64,000 nucleotides of DNA, taken from NCBI GenBank assembly GCA_965214705.1, contig OZ243972.1, positions 2,912,001 through 2,976,000 on the forward strand, given 5' to 3'. Numbering within the stretch: the first letter of the stretch is position 1; every line of letters begins with the position of its first letter. This document shows, piece by piece, positions 8,845-22,195 of the stretch. The notes beneath the pieces are model-generated. The model was not told where the DNA came from. It did no database searches and saw only the letters and a program-made list of their open reading frames with translations. This DNA comes from Alphaproteobacteria bacterium. Lineage in GTDB: Bacteria; Pseudomonadota; Alphaproteobacteria; UBA828. A program made the translations under genes and the position numbers.

Positions 8845-11800
8845 TTAGGCGCCGACGTTCTGATTGGCTTGAGAATAGGACTGCAGCGGAGCCACATCAA
8901 GGCTGCCGCCCTTCAGCGCCTCGACGCCGCGGATCATCGCGCGGCTGCCCGAGAGAGTGGTGAAATAGGGCACCTGATGCTCCAGCGCCGCGCGGCGCAA
9001 CAGGTAACTCGCCAGCCGCTCCTGCGCGCCCTCGGTGGTGTTGACCACGAGCTGGATGGTGCCGTCCTTGATGGCATCGACGATGTGCGGGCGGCCCTGC
9101 TGCACCCGGTTGACGTGCGTAGCCGCGATGCCCGCCCGCGCCAGGGCTGCGCGGGTCCCACTGGTGGCGACGAGGTCGAAGCCGAGCCCCGCCAGGCTGC
9201 GAGCGATGGCCACCGCCGCCGGCTTGTCGTCGTCTCGGACCGAGATAAAAGCACGGCCTGCGACCGGCAGGTGCATGCCGGCGCCGATCTGCGCTTTGGC
9301 GAAGGCGCTGCCGAAGTCGCGGTCGATGCCCATGACCTCGCCGGTCGACTTCATCTCCGGCCCGAGCACCGTGTCCACGCCTGGGAAGCGGGCGAAGGGG
9401 AACACCGCCTCCTTGACCGCGACGTGCTCAGGCGCCGCGCCGCCGTTCAGGATTGCCTCGGGCAACCGCGCGCCCGTCATGGCGAGCGCCGCGAGCTTCG
9501 CGATCGGGGCGCCGATGCTCTTGGCGACGAAGGGCACAGTGCGGCTCGCCCGCGGGTTGACCTCCAGCACGTAGACGGTGCCGGCCTGCACGGCGTACTG
9601 CACGTTCATCAGGCCGCGCACGTCGAGCGCGCGGGCGAGGGCGATGGTCTGGCGGCGCAGCTCGTCCACCGTCTCTTCGCTTAGCGAATGCGGCGGCAGC
9701 GAGCAGGCCGAATCGCCCGAGTGGATGCCCGCTTCCTCGATGTGCTCCATGATCCCGGCGACGGCCACGTTCTCGCCGTCCGCCAGCGCATCGACATCCA
9801 CCTCCACTGCGTCCTTGAGGTAGCGGTCGAGCAGGATCGGCCCGTCGCCGAAGGCCTCCACGGCATCGCGCATGTAGCGATTGAGACCGTCGCTGTCGTT
9901 GACGATCTCCATGGCCCGCCCGCCCAGCACGTAAGAGGGGCGGACCACGACGGGATAGCCGATGCGCTCGGCGATGCTCCGCGCTTCCTCGCTCGACGTG
10001 CAGGTCTCGTTCGCGGGCTGCCGCAGCCCGAGGTCCCCAAGCAGCGTGCGAAAGCGCTCTCTGTCCTCAGCCAGGTCGATAGCGTCGGGCGCGGTGCCCA
10101 GGATCGGCACGCCCGCCGCCTCCAGCGCCTTGGCGAGCTTGAGCGGCGTCTGCCCGCCGAACTGGATGTTGAGCCCGACCAGCTCGCCCGCGCTCTGCTC
10201 GACGCGGACGATGTCGAGCACGGTCTCGGTCGTGAGCGGCTCGAAATAGAGCCGGTCGGAAGTGTCGTAGTCGGTGGAGACGGTCTCCGGGTTGCAGTTG
10301 ACCATGATGGTCTCGAAGCCCGCGTCCTTGAGCGCGTAGGCCGCGTGGACGCAGCAGTAGTCGAATTCGATGCCCTGGCCGATCCGGTTGGGCCCGCCGC
10401 CGAGGATGACGACCTTGCGGCGGAGGCTGGGATCGGCTTCGCATTCGGGCGGCGCGTCGCCGGTCCCCGTCTCGTAGCAGGAGTACATGTAGGGCGTGCG
10501 CGATTCGAACTCGGCGGCGCAGGTGTCGATCCGCTTGAACACCGGGTGGACGCCGAGTTCCGCCCGCTTCCCCGCGACCGTCGCCTCGTCCGTGCCGGCC
10601 AGCGCGGCGAGCCTGCGATCGCCGAACCCCAGCGCCTTCAACCGGCCGAGCGCCGCTGCGCCGTCCGGCACGCCATGCACGCGGACCTCCGCCTCGGCGC
10701 GCACGATCGCGTCGATCTCCCGCAGGAACCAGGGATCGACGGCGCAGGCCTGGTGCACCGCGTCGATGCCGACACCGCGCCGAAGCGCCTCGGCGATCAC
10801 CAGCAGGCGGTCCGGTCTCGGCTGGCCTAGGGCTGCGATGATCGGATCGTGATCGCCTTCCTCGGCGCCGGGAATGGCGATCTCGTCGAGGCCGGTGAGC
10901 CCCGTCTCCATCGAGCGGAGCGCCTTCTGCAGCGATTCGCAGAATGTGCGCCCGATCGCCATTGCCTCGCCCACCGACTTCATCGAGGTGGTGAGCAGGG
11001 GCTCGGCGCCGGGGAATTTTTCGAACGCGAAGCGCGGGACCTTGGTCACTACGTAGTCGATGCTGGGCTCGAAGGAGGCCGGCGTCACGCCCGTGATGTC
11101 GTTCGCGATCTCATCGAGGGTGTAGCCGACGGCGAGCTTGGCCGCGACCTTGGCGATGGGGAACCCGGTTGCCTTGGACGCCAGAGCCGACGAGCGCGAG
11201 ACCCGCGGGTTCATTTCGATGACGACGAGGCGGCCCGTGGCCGGGTCCACGGCGAACTGGACGTTGGAACCGCCGGTCTCGACGCCCACCTTGCGCAGCA
11301 CCGCGATGGCGGCGTTGCGCATGAGTTGATACTCCTTGTCGGTGAGCGTCAGTGCCGGCGCTACGGTGATCGAATCGCCGGTGTGGATGCCCATCGGGTC
11401 CACGTTCTCGATGGAGCAGACGATGATGGCGTTGTCGGCCTTGTCGCGCACGACCTCCATCTCGAACTCTTTCCAGCCGAGCACCGATTCCTCGACCAGG
11501 ATCTCGCCGGCGGGCGAAGCATCCATGCCGCCCGCGGCGAGAGCCACGAACTCCTCACGGTTGTAGGCGATGCCGCCCCCGGTGCCGCCGAGGGTGTAGG
11601 AGGGCCGGATGATGGTCGGCAGTCCCACTAGGTCGAGCGCCTGGCGGGCCTCGTCGAGCGAGCGCGCGATCCGGCTCTTCGGGCATTCCAGCCCGATCTC
11701 TCCCATCGCTTCGCGGAAGGCCTCGCGGTCTTCCGCGATCTCGATCGCCGCCCGCGAGGCGCCGATCAGGTCCACGCCGTGGCGCGCGAGCGTGCCGTCG

Positions 11801-12111
11801 TCGGCGAGCGCAAGCGCCGTGTTGAGCGCGGTCTGCCCGCCCATGGTGGGCAGCAGGGCGTCCGGCTTCTCGGCAGCAACGATCCTCGCCACGATGGCGG
11901 GCGTGATCGGCTCGACGTAGGTGGCGTCGGCAAACTCCGGGTCGGTCATGATCGTCGCCGGGTTCGAGTTCACCAGAATCACCCGGTAGCCCTCGTCCTT
12001 GAGCGCCTTGCAGGCCTGTGTGCCCGAGTAGTCGAACTCGCAGGCCTGCCCGATCACGATGGGGCCGGCTCCGATCACCATGATCGAGCCGATGTCGGTG
12101 CGGCGGGGCAT
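8845..12111 (-). CDS. carB: Carbamoyl-phosphate synthase large subunit
   Basis: [24 protein letters not shown], two ATP-grasp halves, MKSVGE/MKSTGE, C-terminal MGS-like domain; 1088 aa. Confidence 0.99.
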   Translation of the reverse strand: MPRRTDIGSIMVIGAGPIVIGQACEFDYSGTQACKALKDEGYRVILVNSNPATIMTDPEFADATYVEPITPAIVARIVAAEKPDALLPTMGGQTALNTALALADDGTLARHGVDLIGASRAAIEIAEDREAFREAMGEIGLECPKSRIARSLDEARQALDLVGLPTIIRPSYTLGGTGGGIAYNREEFVALAAGGMDASPAGEILVEESVLGWKEFEMEVVRDKADNAIIVCSIENVDPMGIHTGDSITVAPALTLTDKEYQLMRNAAIAVLRKVGVETGGSNVQFAVDPATGRLVVIEMNPRVSRSSALASKATGFPIAKVAAKLAVGYTLDEIANDITGVTPASFEPSIDYVVTKVPRFAFEKFPGAEPLLTTSMKSVGEAMAIGRTFCESLQKALRSMETGLTGLDEIAIPGAEEGDHDPIIAALGQPRPDRLLVIAEALRRGVGIDAVHQACAVDPWFLREIDAIVRAEAEVRVHGVPDGAAALGRLKALGFGDRRLAALAGTDEATVAGKRAELGVHPVFKRIDTCAAEFESRTPYMYSCYETGTGDAPPECEADPSLRRKVVILGGGPNRIGQGIEFDYCCVHAAYALKDAGFETIMVNCNPETVSTDYDTSDRLYFEPLTTETVLDIVRVEQSAGELVGLNIQFGGQTPLKLAKALEAAGVPILGTAPDAIDLAEDRERFRTLLGDLGLRQPANETCTSSEEARSIAERIGYPVVVRPSYVLGGRAMEIVNDSDGLNRYMRDAVEAFGDGPILLDRYLKDAVEVDVDALADGENVAVAGIMEHIEEAGIHSGDSACSLPPHSLSEETVDELRRQTIALARALDVRGLMNVQYAVQAGTVYVLEVNPRASRTVPFVAKSIGAPIAKLAALAMTGARLPEAILNGGAAPEHVAVKEAVFPFARFPGVDTVLGPEMKSTGEVMGIDRDFGSAFAKAQIGAGMHLPVAGRAFISVRDDDKPAAVAIARSLAGLGFDLVATSGTRAALARAGIAATHVNRVQQGRPHIVDAIKDGTIQLVVNTTEGAQERLASYLLRRAALEHQVPYFTTLSGSRAMIRGVEALKGGSLDVAPLQSYSQANQNVGA

Positions 12112-12128
12112 GACGCGGAAGCCGGCCG

Positions 12129-13280
12129 TCAGTCCATCAGCCCGACGAACCGCTCGAAGAGATGCTGGGCATCCTGCGGGCCGGGCGACGCTTCCGGGTG
12201 GTACTGGACCGAGAAGATGGGACGATCGTCGACGGCGAGGCCTTCCAGCGTGCCGTCGAAGAGCGAGACGTGGGTAGCCGTGACGCCGGCAGGCAGCGTG
12301 TCCGCCATGACCTCGAAGCCGTGGTTCTGGCTCGTGATCTCGACTCGTCCCGTCGCCAGCTCTTTGACTGGATGGTTGGCGCCACGATGGCCGAAGGGCA
12401 TCTTCTTGGTCTCGGCGCCGAGAGCCAAGGCGAGCAGCTGATGGCCGAGGCAGATGCCGAAGATCGGCAGCCCGCTCGCGATCAGCGACTGAATGACCGG
12501 CACCGCATATTCGCCTGTCGCGGCGGGGTCGCCCGGCCCGTTCGAGAGGAAGATGCCATCCGGCGCGTGGGCGAGAATCGTGTCTGCGTCCGCCGTTGCG
12601 GGCACGACGGTCACGTCACAGCCGGCGGCGGCGAGCGAGCGCAGGATGTTGCGCTTGGCGCCATAATCGACCGCGACCACGCGGTGGCGCGGCGAGGCGA
12701 GGGTGCCGTAGGCGCCGGTCTCGACATCCCAGGTGGTCTCGGTCCAGCCGTAGGCCTGGCGGCAGCAGACCGCCTTGGCGAGGTCCATGCCCTCGAGCCC
12801 CGGCCACGCACGGGCCTTCGCGATGAGCGCGGCCTCGTCGATGGCCTCGGGCTCGGATGTGTGGATCAGCGCGCCGTCCTGCGCGCCGCCGGTGCGCAAC
12901 AGGCGGGTCAGACGTCTGGTATCGATACCGGCGATGCCGATGAGGCCGCGCCTTTCAAGCCAGCCTTCGAGGTGCTGGACCGCGCGCCAGTTCGAGGGCT
13001 CGGTGACATCCGCGCGCAGCACAAGCCCGAGCGCCGCTGGCGTTCCCGCCTCCAGGTCGTCCTCGTTGGTCCCGACATTGCCGATATGGGGGAAGGTGAA
13101 GGTGATGATCTGCCCGGCGTATGACGGATCGGTGAGAATTTCCTGATAGCCGCTCATCGCGGTGTTGAAGCAGATCTCGCCCACGGCCTCGCCGCGCGCG
13201 CCGAGGCCGCGGCCGCGAAAAACCGTTCCGTCGGCGAGCGCGAGCGCCGCAGTTGCGGTCGGCGATCCAGACCCTGACAT
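12129..13280 (-). CDS. carA: Carbamoyl-phosphate synthase small subunit
   Basis: [49 protein letters not shown]; ATG at 13280. Confidence 0.98.
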   Translation of the reverse strand: MSGSGSPTATAALALADGTVFRGRGLGARGEAVGEICFNTAMSGYQEILTDPSYAGQIITFTFPHIGNVGTNEDDLEAGTPAALGLVLRADVTEPSNWRAVQHLEGWLERRGLIGIAGIDTRRLTRLLRTGGAQDGALIHTSEPEAIDEAALIAKARAWPGLEGMDLAKAVCCRQAYGWTETTWDVETGAYGTLASPRHRVVAVDYGAKRNILRSLAAAGCDVTVVPATADADTILAHAPDGIFLSNGPGDPAATGEYAVPVIQSLIASGLPIFGICLGHQLLALALGAETKKMPFGHRGANHPVKELATGRVEITSQNHGFEVMADTLPAGVTATHVSLFDGTLEGLAVDDRPIFSVQYHPEASPGPQDAQHLFERFVGLMD

Positions 13281-13559
13281 CGAAGTTCCTGCGGACGGGC
13301 CGCGCGTCCTCGCCGCCCTGTCCGACTCGTGGTGCGCGCGGAGTCGAAGGTGCGCGCAGTGTAGTCGGGGCCATGCCGCGGTCAAGCATCGACCCGTCGC
13401 GGTCGGGTATCGACCCCAATTGCCAGTTGCAAGGTAAGCGAAGCGCCCAATTCCGTCGCCGGAAGGCCCCGTCCGGAAACGAGATTCTTGTCAAGGGAGA
13501 ATCGTCGTTGATCGGCGTTTCCGGGCGTCTATAGTCCTCGGCATTCCAAATGACGGGGG

Positions 13560-14024
13560 ATGCCCATGCTGCGACCGCAGCTGGAGGAGGCGCTAAAGCG
13601 TGCCATGAAGGCGCGCGAGCAGTGCCGGGTGGCGACCATCAGGCTTATTCTTGCGGCGCTCAAGGATCGCGACATTGCAGAGCGCGGCAAGGGCAACGGC
13701 GAATTGGATGACAACCAGATTCTGGCTCTGTTGCAGACCATGATTCGCCAACGGCGCGAGAGTATCGAGCAGTATGAACGGGGCGGCCGGATCGACCTCG
13801 CCGAGCGCGAGGCCGAGGAAATCGCCGTGATACAGACCTTCCTGCCGCCGGCGATCGAGGGCGATGATCTGGTCTCAGTTGTGCGCGGCGTCGTGGACGA
13901 CCTGAATGCCAGCACGATCAAGGACATGGGCCGCACGATGGCGTGCCTGAAGCAAAAGTATTCGGGCCGCATGGACTTCGCCAAGGCGAGCGGGCTGGTG
14001 AGGGAACTGCTCGCTTCCGGCTAA
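13560..14024 (+). CDS. yqeY: GatB/YqeY domain protein
   Basis: AMKAR...TIRLI...MIRQRRESIEQY...R.DLA..E..EI..I..FLP...KDMG; usual position between carA and dnaG. Confidence 0.92.
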   Translation: MPMLRPQLEEALKRAMKAREQCRVATIRLILAALKDRDIAERGKGNGELDDNQILALLQTMIRQRRESIEQYERGGRIDLAEREAEEIAVIQTFLPPAIEGDDLVSVVRGVVDDLNASTIKDMGRTMACLKQKYSGRMDFAKASGLVRELLASG

Positions 14025-14161
14025 TCGGAGGCAGCCGGCAGGATTGGTGGGCCGGCGGAGAGTGATCTGCTCCACGGGGATGGGTCGTCCCGTGAGGGAC
14101 AGACAGGCTGGGAAACGGGCGCTGACCGCGCCATGATGAGCGCTCAGCCGGGCGTGAGGGG

Positions 14162-15991
14162 ATGACGTTCCCACCGAGTTTTTTGGACGAGATTCGCGCG
14201 CGCGTTCCGCTGGAAGGCGTGATCGGCAAGCGCGTGCGGCTCGTGCGCCGCGGGCGGGAATCCATCGGCCTCTGCCCCTTCCACAAGGAGAAGACACCCT
14301 CCTTCACGGTGAACGAGGAGAAGGGCTTCTTCCACTGCTTCGGCTGCGGCGCCCACGGCGACGTCATCGGCTTCCTCATGCGGGACGAGGGCCTCCCGTT
14401 CCCGGAGGCGGTGGAGCGCCTGGCGGGCGATGCGGGCCTGGCACTCCCCGCACGCGATCCGCGCGCCGAGGCGCGGGAAAAGGAGCGGCACTCGCTCTAC
14501 GGAGTGACCGAGGCTGCGGCCGCCTGGTTCGAATCCGAGCTGGCGGGGCAGCGCGGCGCGGCGGCCCGGCGCTATCTCGACGCCCGCGGCGTGGATGAGG
14601 AGACCCGCGCGCACTTCCGTATCGGCTTCGCGCCCGACAGCCGCACCGCACTCCGCACCAAGCTGGAGGGCGACGGCGTGCCCGAAGCCATGATGCTGTC
14701 GGCCGGTCTCGTCATCGCGCCGGAGGATGGCGGCACGCCCTACGATCGCTTTCGGGGTCGGATCATCTTCCCCATCTGCGACCGGCGCGGCCGGGTCATT
14801 GCCTTCGGCGGCCGGGCGTTGGGCGAGCGCCAGCCCAAGTATCTCAACTCGCCGGAGACGCCGCTCTTTGCCAAGGGCAGCCTGCTCTACGGCCACCATC
14901 TCGCCGCGCCTGCCGCCCGCAAGGCGAACCGGGTGATCGCGGTCGAGGGCTACATGGACGTGATCGCGCTGCATCAGGCGGGCATCGTCGAGGCGGTGGC
15001 GCCGCTCGGCACTGCGCTTACCGAACAGCAGCTGGAAGCACTCTGGCGGCTCGCGGAGGACCCGGTGCTCTGCTTCGACGGCGACGAGGCCGGCGCCCGT
15101 GCCGCCGCCCGTGCCGTCGAGCGAGCCTTGCCTCAGCTCAGCGCGAAGCGCTCGCTGCGGTTCGCGACGCTTCCCACCGGCCAGGACCCCGACACGATGG
15201 TGCGCGATCGCGGCCGCCGGGCGATGGCCGAGATCGTCGCCGCTGCGATCCCGCTCTCCGACCAGCTTTGGAAGATGGCGGCGGGCGGCCGTGCGCTCGA
15301 AACACCCGAAGCGCGGGCCCGGGTCAACAAGCAGCTCCGGGACCAGGTCGCGCGAATTCCCGACCGCGACCTCGGTTTTCGATATATGGAGGACTATCGG
15401 CAGCGCCTGCGGTTGCCGTGGCAGGGGCGGCGGCAGGGCGGCGCGCCATCGTTTGTTGCCCCCGAGCCGCCGGTGCGACGTGGCGAGGCGCTCGGCGCCG
15501 GCGGGCAAGGCATCGCGCAGCCCCGCGAGCGTGCCTTGCTCCAGATCCTGCTTAGCTTCCCCGCATTGGCGCTGGAGCAGCACGAGGCGCTGGCTGGGCT
15601 GCACCTGGAGACGCCCCGATTCGCGGCCGTCACCGCCGCGCTGATCGACTGGGCCGAGTCTGGGCCCGAGCCAGAGGGCGCGGAACTGCGCGCGACCCTT
15701 GTTGCGCAGGGTCTGGATGGCGTGGTCGAGGAGCTGGTGGGGCAGGACGCCCAATTTCTCGACAGGCCGACCGGTATCGACCACGCGCGTGATTTGTTCG
15801 TGGATGCCCTGAAAAGGCAGTACCAGCGCCTCGAAGAGCAGGCGACGCGGGCCGAGGCCGAAGCTGCCCACACCGACGAAGAGGCTTGGGAGCAAACCCG
15901 CGAGCGGATTCTGCGTCTGCAGGAGACCGCGAAGGCGGAGACGGACATACCCGATTTGGGCGTTTCACCGAGGGCAAGCGGGGCACAGTGA
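14162..15991 (+). CDS. dnaG: DNA primase
   Basis: CHC2 zinc finger CPFHKEKTPSF...HCFGC, KYLNSPET, TOPRIM VEGYMDV and FDGDEAG. Confidence 0.98.
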   Translation: MTFPPSFLDEIRARVPLEGVIGKRVRLVRRGRESIGLCPFHKEKTPSFTVNEEKGFFHCFGCGAHGDVIGFLMRDEGLPFPEAVERLAGDAGLALPARDPRAEAREKERHSLYGVTEAAAAWFESELAGQRGAAARRYLDARGVDEETRAHFRIGFAPDSRTALRTKLEGDGVPEAMMLSAGLVIAPEDGGTPYDRFRGRIIFPICDRRGRVIAFGGRALGERQPKYLNSPETPLFAKGSLLYGHHLAAPAARKANRVIAVEGYMDVIALHQAGIVEAVAPLGTALTEQQLEALWRLAEDPVLCFDGDEAGARAAARAVERALPQLSAKRSLRFATLPTGQDPDTMVRDRGRRAMAEIVAAAIPLSDQLWKMAAGGRALETPEARARVNKQLRDQVARIPDRDLGFRYMEDYRQRLRLPWQGRRQGGAPSFVAPEPPVRRGEALGAGGQGIAQPRERALLQILLSFPALALEQHEALAGLHLETPRFAAVTAALIDWAESGPEPEGAELRATLVAQGLDGVVEELVGQDAQFLDRPTGIDHARDLFVDALKRQYQRLEEQATRAEAEAAHTDEEAWEQTRERILRLQETAKAETDIPDLGVSPRASGAQ

Positions 15992-16037
15992 CACGCGCGG
16001 CTCCATCGACCTTGCTATGCCGCCAGTCAAGGTGCGC

Positions 16038-16066
16038 TTGACACTCGCTCGCGGGTTTTTCAGACT
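16038..16066 (+). promoter_or_regulatory. Probable sigma70 promoter for rpoD
   Basis: TTGACA (16038-16043) N17 CAGACT in the dnaG-rpoD intergenic region. Confidence 0.5.
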
Positions 16067-16226
16067 GGTTGGCGTAGGGGAGGCTTGACCCGGAGGCCTC
16101 CGACCCCACATCACCCCAATCGGGCGCGAGCGGCGCAGGTGCGCCCCGAACCGTCCGCTGGGTCCAGCGCGTGCGCGAGCCCGAGCGGTGCCCGCCCGAT
16201 CCCGAGGTCTGGAAAGGAAGAGCCGC

Positions 16227-18215
<1,989 letters not shown>

Positions 18216-18387
18216 GCGCTGAGGTCAAAGAGGCGCCGCGAAAAATACAAATTTGCAAAACGAACCCAATTTCTCATAACCCATTGATCTGATTGTATAA
18301 TAGGGCGGACGACAGCGCTATGGACTGGCGTTCGGGCCGTCTCCCGGCCGCGTGCTATGGTCTCTCGGCAACGGCATGGTGAGCGAC

Positions 18388-19323
18388 ATGGCGCCCGGTG
18401 AAGCGACGACCGCACCAGAATCGCCGCCGTCGCGTCGTCACCAGCTCGTCTCCTTCGCGCTCCTCATCGTCTGCGGCGGCACCTTCGGGCTGATCTTCTC
18501 GGCCAACAAGATCGCCGTCACCGGGGGCATTCCGTTCTTCGCCTATGTCTTCTGGCAGACGCTCGGCGGCGGCCTCGTGCTGTTGCTGCTTGCCGGCGCG
18601 TTCCGCCGGCGCCCGCGCCTGAGTTGGCCCCATATAAGGGCCTATTTCGTGATCGGCTTCTTCACGCTGGCCTTTCCCTTCGTTCTCATGGCCTTCATCG
18701 CGCCCAAGCTGCCGGCCGGGGTGATCAGCCTGGGCGGCACGCTCAGCCCGACCATCACCTATATCCTGGCGCTGGCGCTCGCGATGGATCGCTTTCGCTG
18801 GCTCCGGATCGGCGGCATCTCGCTCGGGCTCGCCGGCGTTCTGCTGGTGGTGCTGCCGGAGACAAGCCTGCCCGAACCCGGCATGGCCGGCTGGGTGCTG
18901 CTCAGCCTGCTGGTCCCGGTGAGCTACGCCTCCGGTACGATCGCGGCCGCCCGCCTCGCGCCGGCCGACGGCGATTCGCTCACCACGGGGAGCGGACTTC
19001 TCTTCGCCTCGTCCATCATGGTCTTCCCCTTCATGGCGGGGAGTGGGCAGTGGTGGTTCTTCTCCGGCCCGATGAGCGATGCCGACTGGGCACAGATCGG
19101 CGCCGTTCTGATCAACGCCGCGTTCTTCTATCTGCTCCTGGAGATCGTCAGGCGCGCCGGGCCGGTCTTTTTCTCGACGCAGAACTATGTCGCCACGCTG
19201 GCGGGCATCGGCTGGGGAATTCTGATTCTGGCCGAGAGCCACAGCGTCTACATCTGGGGCGCGCTCGCGCTGCTCTTCGCCGGCCTCTTTCTGGTGACCC
19301 GCCGCGCGCCGCGCGCCACGTAG
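18388..19323 (+). CDS. DMT/EamA family transporter
   Basis: About 10 hydrophobic segments in two repeats, with AGPVFFS and LAES-type DMT signatures; start uncertain (18352-18388). Confidence 0.85.
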   Translation: MAPGEATTAPESPPSRRHQLVSFALLIVCGGTFGLIFSANKIAVTGGIPFFAYVFWQTLGGGLVLLLLAGAFRRRPRLSWPHIRAYFVIGFFTLAFPFVLMAFIAPKLPAGVISLGGTLSPTITYILALALAMDRFRWLRIGGISLGLAGVLLVVLPETSLPEPGMAGWVLLSLLVPVSYASGTIAAARLAPADGDSLTTGSGLLFASSIMVFPFMAGSGQWWFFSGPMSDADWAQIGAVLINAAFFYLLLEIVRRAGPVFFSTQNYVATLAGIGWGILILAESHSVYIWGALALLFAGLFLVTRRAPRAT

Positions 19324-19352
19324 TGCGGGCGCGACGACGGGAGGTTTCCGGT

Positions 19353-20111
19353 CTAGGGCTCCGCGACAAGGTCCAGCAGGCGCTGGGTCAGGAGCTCGCC
19401 CTCGGGCCAATCCAGGCCCCGGTCGGCGAGATAGCGGCGCACGGCGCTGTGAGTCTGTTCGCCGGGAATGCCGTCCGCCGGCCCCGGGTCGTAGCCGTGG
19501 GCGGCAAGGCGCCGCTGCAAGGTCTCGACCTGGCGCTCGGAGAGAATCAAGGTGGCTGCCGCCGACCGGACCGGCGCTTCCTCCGGGCTCGGCGTGAAGG
19601 CACTGGCGCGGGCTTGTGCCGCCTCGAGCTCATCTTCCTCGAGCAGTGGCGTCAGTTGGGCGGCGGCGTCGGCCGCTTGCTCCCGCTCCGTACCCTCGCC
19701 GAGTCGCGTCGCGACTTCGAGCCAGAAGAGCGCCTGCGCCACGTCCTGCGCCACGCCGCGCCCAACCTGGTGAAGCAGCGCCAAATTGTACTGCGCCCGA
19801 ACCATGCCCTGCCTAGCGGCCCGTTCGTACCAGCCGGCAGCCTCGGCAGGGTCCTCGGTCACGCCCCGGCCGGTCTCGTGGAGGAGGCCCAGGTTGAACT
19901 GCGCCAGCGCGTCGCCGTCCTCGGCGAGCGGGCGCCAGATTTGTGCCGCCTCGGCATAGTCGCCGGCCTCGAAGGCTGCAGCGCCTTCGGCCAGCAGGTC
20001 GGCCGTCGCCGCCGGCCCCACCGCCGACGCCCACAGAGCTGTGGCCGCGAGGAGCGGAGCAACCGTCGCGAACGCGCGCCTAACGACTCGGATTGCAGGA
20101 TTTGGTGTCAC
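19353..20111 (-). CDS. Secreted Sel1-repeat protein with C-terminal peptidoglycan-binding domain
   Basis: Signal-like N-terminus, two Sel1 repeats (AQFNLGLLHETGRGV, AQYNLALLHQVGRGV), then LQRRLAAHGYDPGPADGIPGEQT. Confidence 0.85.
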   Translation of the reverse strand: MTPNPAIRVVRRAFATVAPLLAATALWASAVGPAATADLLAEGAAAFEAGDYAEAAQIWRPLAEDGDALAQFNLGLLHETGRGVTEDPAEAAGWYERAARQGMVRAQYNLALLHQVGRGVAQDVAQALFWLEVATRLGEGTEREQAADAAAQLTPLLEEDELEAAQARASAFTPSPEEAPVRSAAATLILSERQVETLQRRLAAHGYDPGPADGIPGEQTHSAVRRYLADRGLDWPEGELLTQRLLDLVAEP

Positions 20112-20286
20112 GGCGTCGCAACATTATCCCGATTCTCGCGGCGGGCAATAGAAAGCAGCCCTTCGCCATGCTTACCCGGTCTTATGCCACACCCGTCGAA
20201 CCATGACCCCGAAGAATGGTCCGGGCTAGAATGCGGCGCGCCGTTCGGGCACCGTCCAGCGGCCTTGGGAAGCAAGGGAGAGCAGA

Positions 20287-21858
20287 ATGCCGACAGGTCC
20301 AGTACCGCCGAGCGCCAAGAAGGTTCAGGAGTTGGCCGAGTCGTTCGGCTTTACGATGAGCGACGCCGACGCCGACCTCTACAGCGAGATGATGGCGGGC
20401 ACGCTGCAGAGCTACCGCCGTCTCGACGCGATGCAGGAGACCAAGCCGCCGGTTAAGTATCCACGCGCCGGTTCCTACCGGCCGGGTCCCGAGGAGGACC
20501 CGTACAACGCCTGGTACGTCAAGGGCGAGATCAAGGGCGCGGCGGACGGTGTGCTTGCCGGCAAGCGGGTCGGCATCAAGGATGCAATCTGCGTCGCTGG
20601 CTTCCCCATGATCAACGGCGCCAAGGGGATGGAAGGCTACATCCCCGACATCGACGCCACGGTGGTGACGCGCGTGCTCGATGCCGGCGGGACCATCCTC
20701 GGCAAGACCAACAGCGAGGACTGCTCGTTCTCCGGTGGCAGCCACACCTCGGCATACGGCCCCGTGCGCAACCCGCACAAGCCGACCCATTCGACCGGCG
20801 CGTCCTCCAACGGCAACGGCGCCGCGGTTGCGGCCGGCGATGTCGACGCGACCATCGGCGGCGACCAAGGCGGCTCGATCCGCATCCCGGCGAGCTGGAG
20901 CGGCATCGTCGGCCTGAAGCCGACCTACGGCCTCGTGCCCTACACCGGCGCCATGATGATCGAGATGACCATGGACCACCTCGGCCCCATGGCCGACACG
21001 GTGGAGAATGCCGCCCGCATGCTCACCGCCATCGCCGGCGAGGATCCACTCGATCCGCGCCAGCGGGGGCTGATTCCGCCGGGGTTGGACATGGACTACG
21101 TCACCGGCCTCGATGCGGGCTGCAAGGGCATCAAGATCGGCGTGCTGAAGGAGGGCTTCGATCAGGGCGCCGGCGAGGAGACTTGGGGCGACACCGGGCT
21201 GCCGCCGGGCGACAAGGTGGTCTCGGACAGCGTGCGCGCCGCCGTCGAGCGTCTTGCGGGAGCTGGCGCCGAGGTGACCGAGGTCTCCAACCCGCGCCAC
21301 GAGGATGCCTACCACGTCTGGGTGCCGATGTGCGTGGAGGGCGCGCAGGCGGTCATGCTCAAGGGCAACAACACCGGTACCAACTGGCGGGGCTTCTACA
21401 ACACCCAGCTGCTCGACAACGTGGCGAAGGGCTTTCGCGCCCGGCCCAACGACATGGGCGTGATGGTGAAATACGTGCTGCTCTTCGGCGAGTACATGCA
21501 GTCGGACTATTACGGCCGCTACTACGCCAAGGCGCAGAACATCCGGGGCCAGATCGTGCAGAGCTACGACGACCTGCTGGAATCCTGCGATGTGCTGGTG
21601 ATGCCCAGCACGGCGATCCTGCCGACGCCGATTCCCGACAACGACGCGCCGCTCAAGGAGCGCATCATTCGTACGCTGGACATGATCCACAACACCTGCC
21701 AGTTCGATGTGACGGGGCATCCGGCGATCTCGGTGCCGTGCGGCGTCCGCGATGACCTGCCCATCGGCTGCATGATCGTGGGCCGCCACTTCGAGGACGC
21801 GAAGGTGCTGCAGGTCGCAGCGGCGCTGGAGGCCGCGAAGGACTGGAAGACCTGCTGA
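20287..21858 (+). CDS. Amidase-signature family amidase
   Basis: LAGKRVGIKD, DATVVTRVLDAG, TGASSNG, GGDQGGSIRIPASWSG, GLKPTYGLVP, DHLGPM. Confidence 0.93.
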   Translation: MPTGPVPPSAKKVQELAESFGFTMSDADADLYSEMMAGTLQSYRRLDAMQETKPPVKYPRAGSYRPGPEEDPYNAWYVKGEIKGAADGVLAGKRVGIKDAICVAGFPMINGAKGMEGYIPDIDATVVTRVLDAGGTILGKTNSEDCSFSGGSHTSAYGPVRNPHKPTHSTGASSNGNGAAVAAGDVDATIGGDQGGSIRIPASWSGIVGLKPTYGLVPYTGAMMIEMTMDHLGPMADTVENAARMLTAIAGEDPLDPRQRGLIPPGLDMDYVTGLDAGCKGIKIGVLKEGFDQGAGEETWGDTGLPPGDKVVSDSVRAAVERLAGAGAEVTEVSNPRHEDAYHVWVPMCVEGAQAVMLKGNNTGTNWRGFYNTQLLDNVAKGFRARPNDMGVMVKYVLLFGEYMQSDYYGRYYAKAQNIRGQIVQSYDDLLESCDVLVMPSTAILPTPIPDNDAPLKERIIRTLDMIHNTCQFDVTGHPAISVPCGVRDDLPIGCMIVGRHFEDAKVLQVAAALEAAKDWKTC

Positions 21859-22195
21859 TCGGGGTCGGCTGACACGCTGTCCCCCACCACCCCGACCCTC
21901 TCCGCCCTAGGGACGGAGAGAGTCACAAGGTTGGTTGCGTCTTCGTTGTACGTAGCCCAAGCCGAGCCGTAGCGACCAACTAATCTTGGGATGGCATGGG
22001 ATCTAATGAGATGTAGCGAGGTATAGAGAGACGGCGTTACGTATTGCCCCCACGCGCGACTTCTCTTGGGGTTGCGCAAAGGCTCTGCGTGGTTGTCTTT
22101 GAGTCCTGTATTGGAAACCGAGCACTCTCAAACGACCCGAACCCGAAGACGAGGAAGGATCGGCACCCCCCTCCATAACAGCGCCCTCCTCTTTA

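Noticed and set aside
14526-14536. GGTTCGAATCC, a perfect tRNA T-loop motif
   Set aside because: Lies in frame within dnaG (W-F-E-S); no acceptor stem, D-arm or CCA around it
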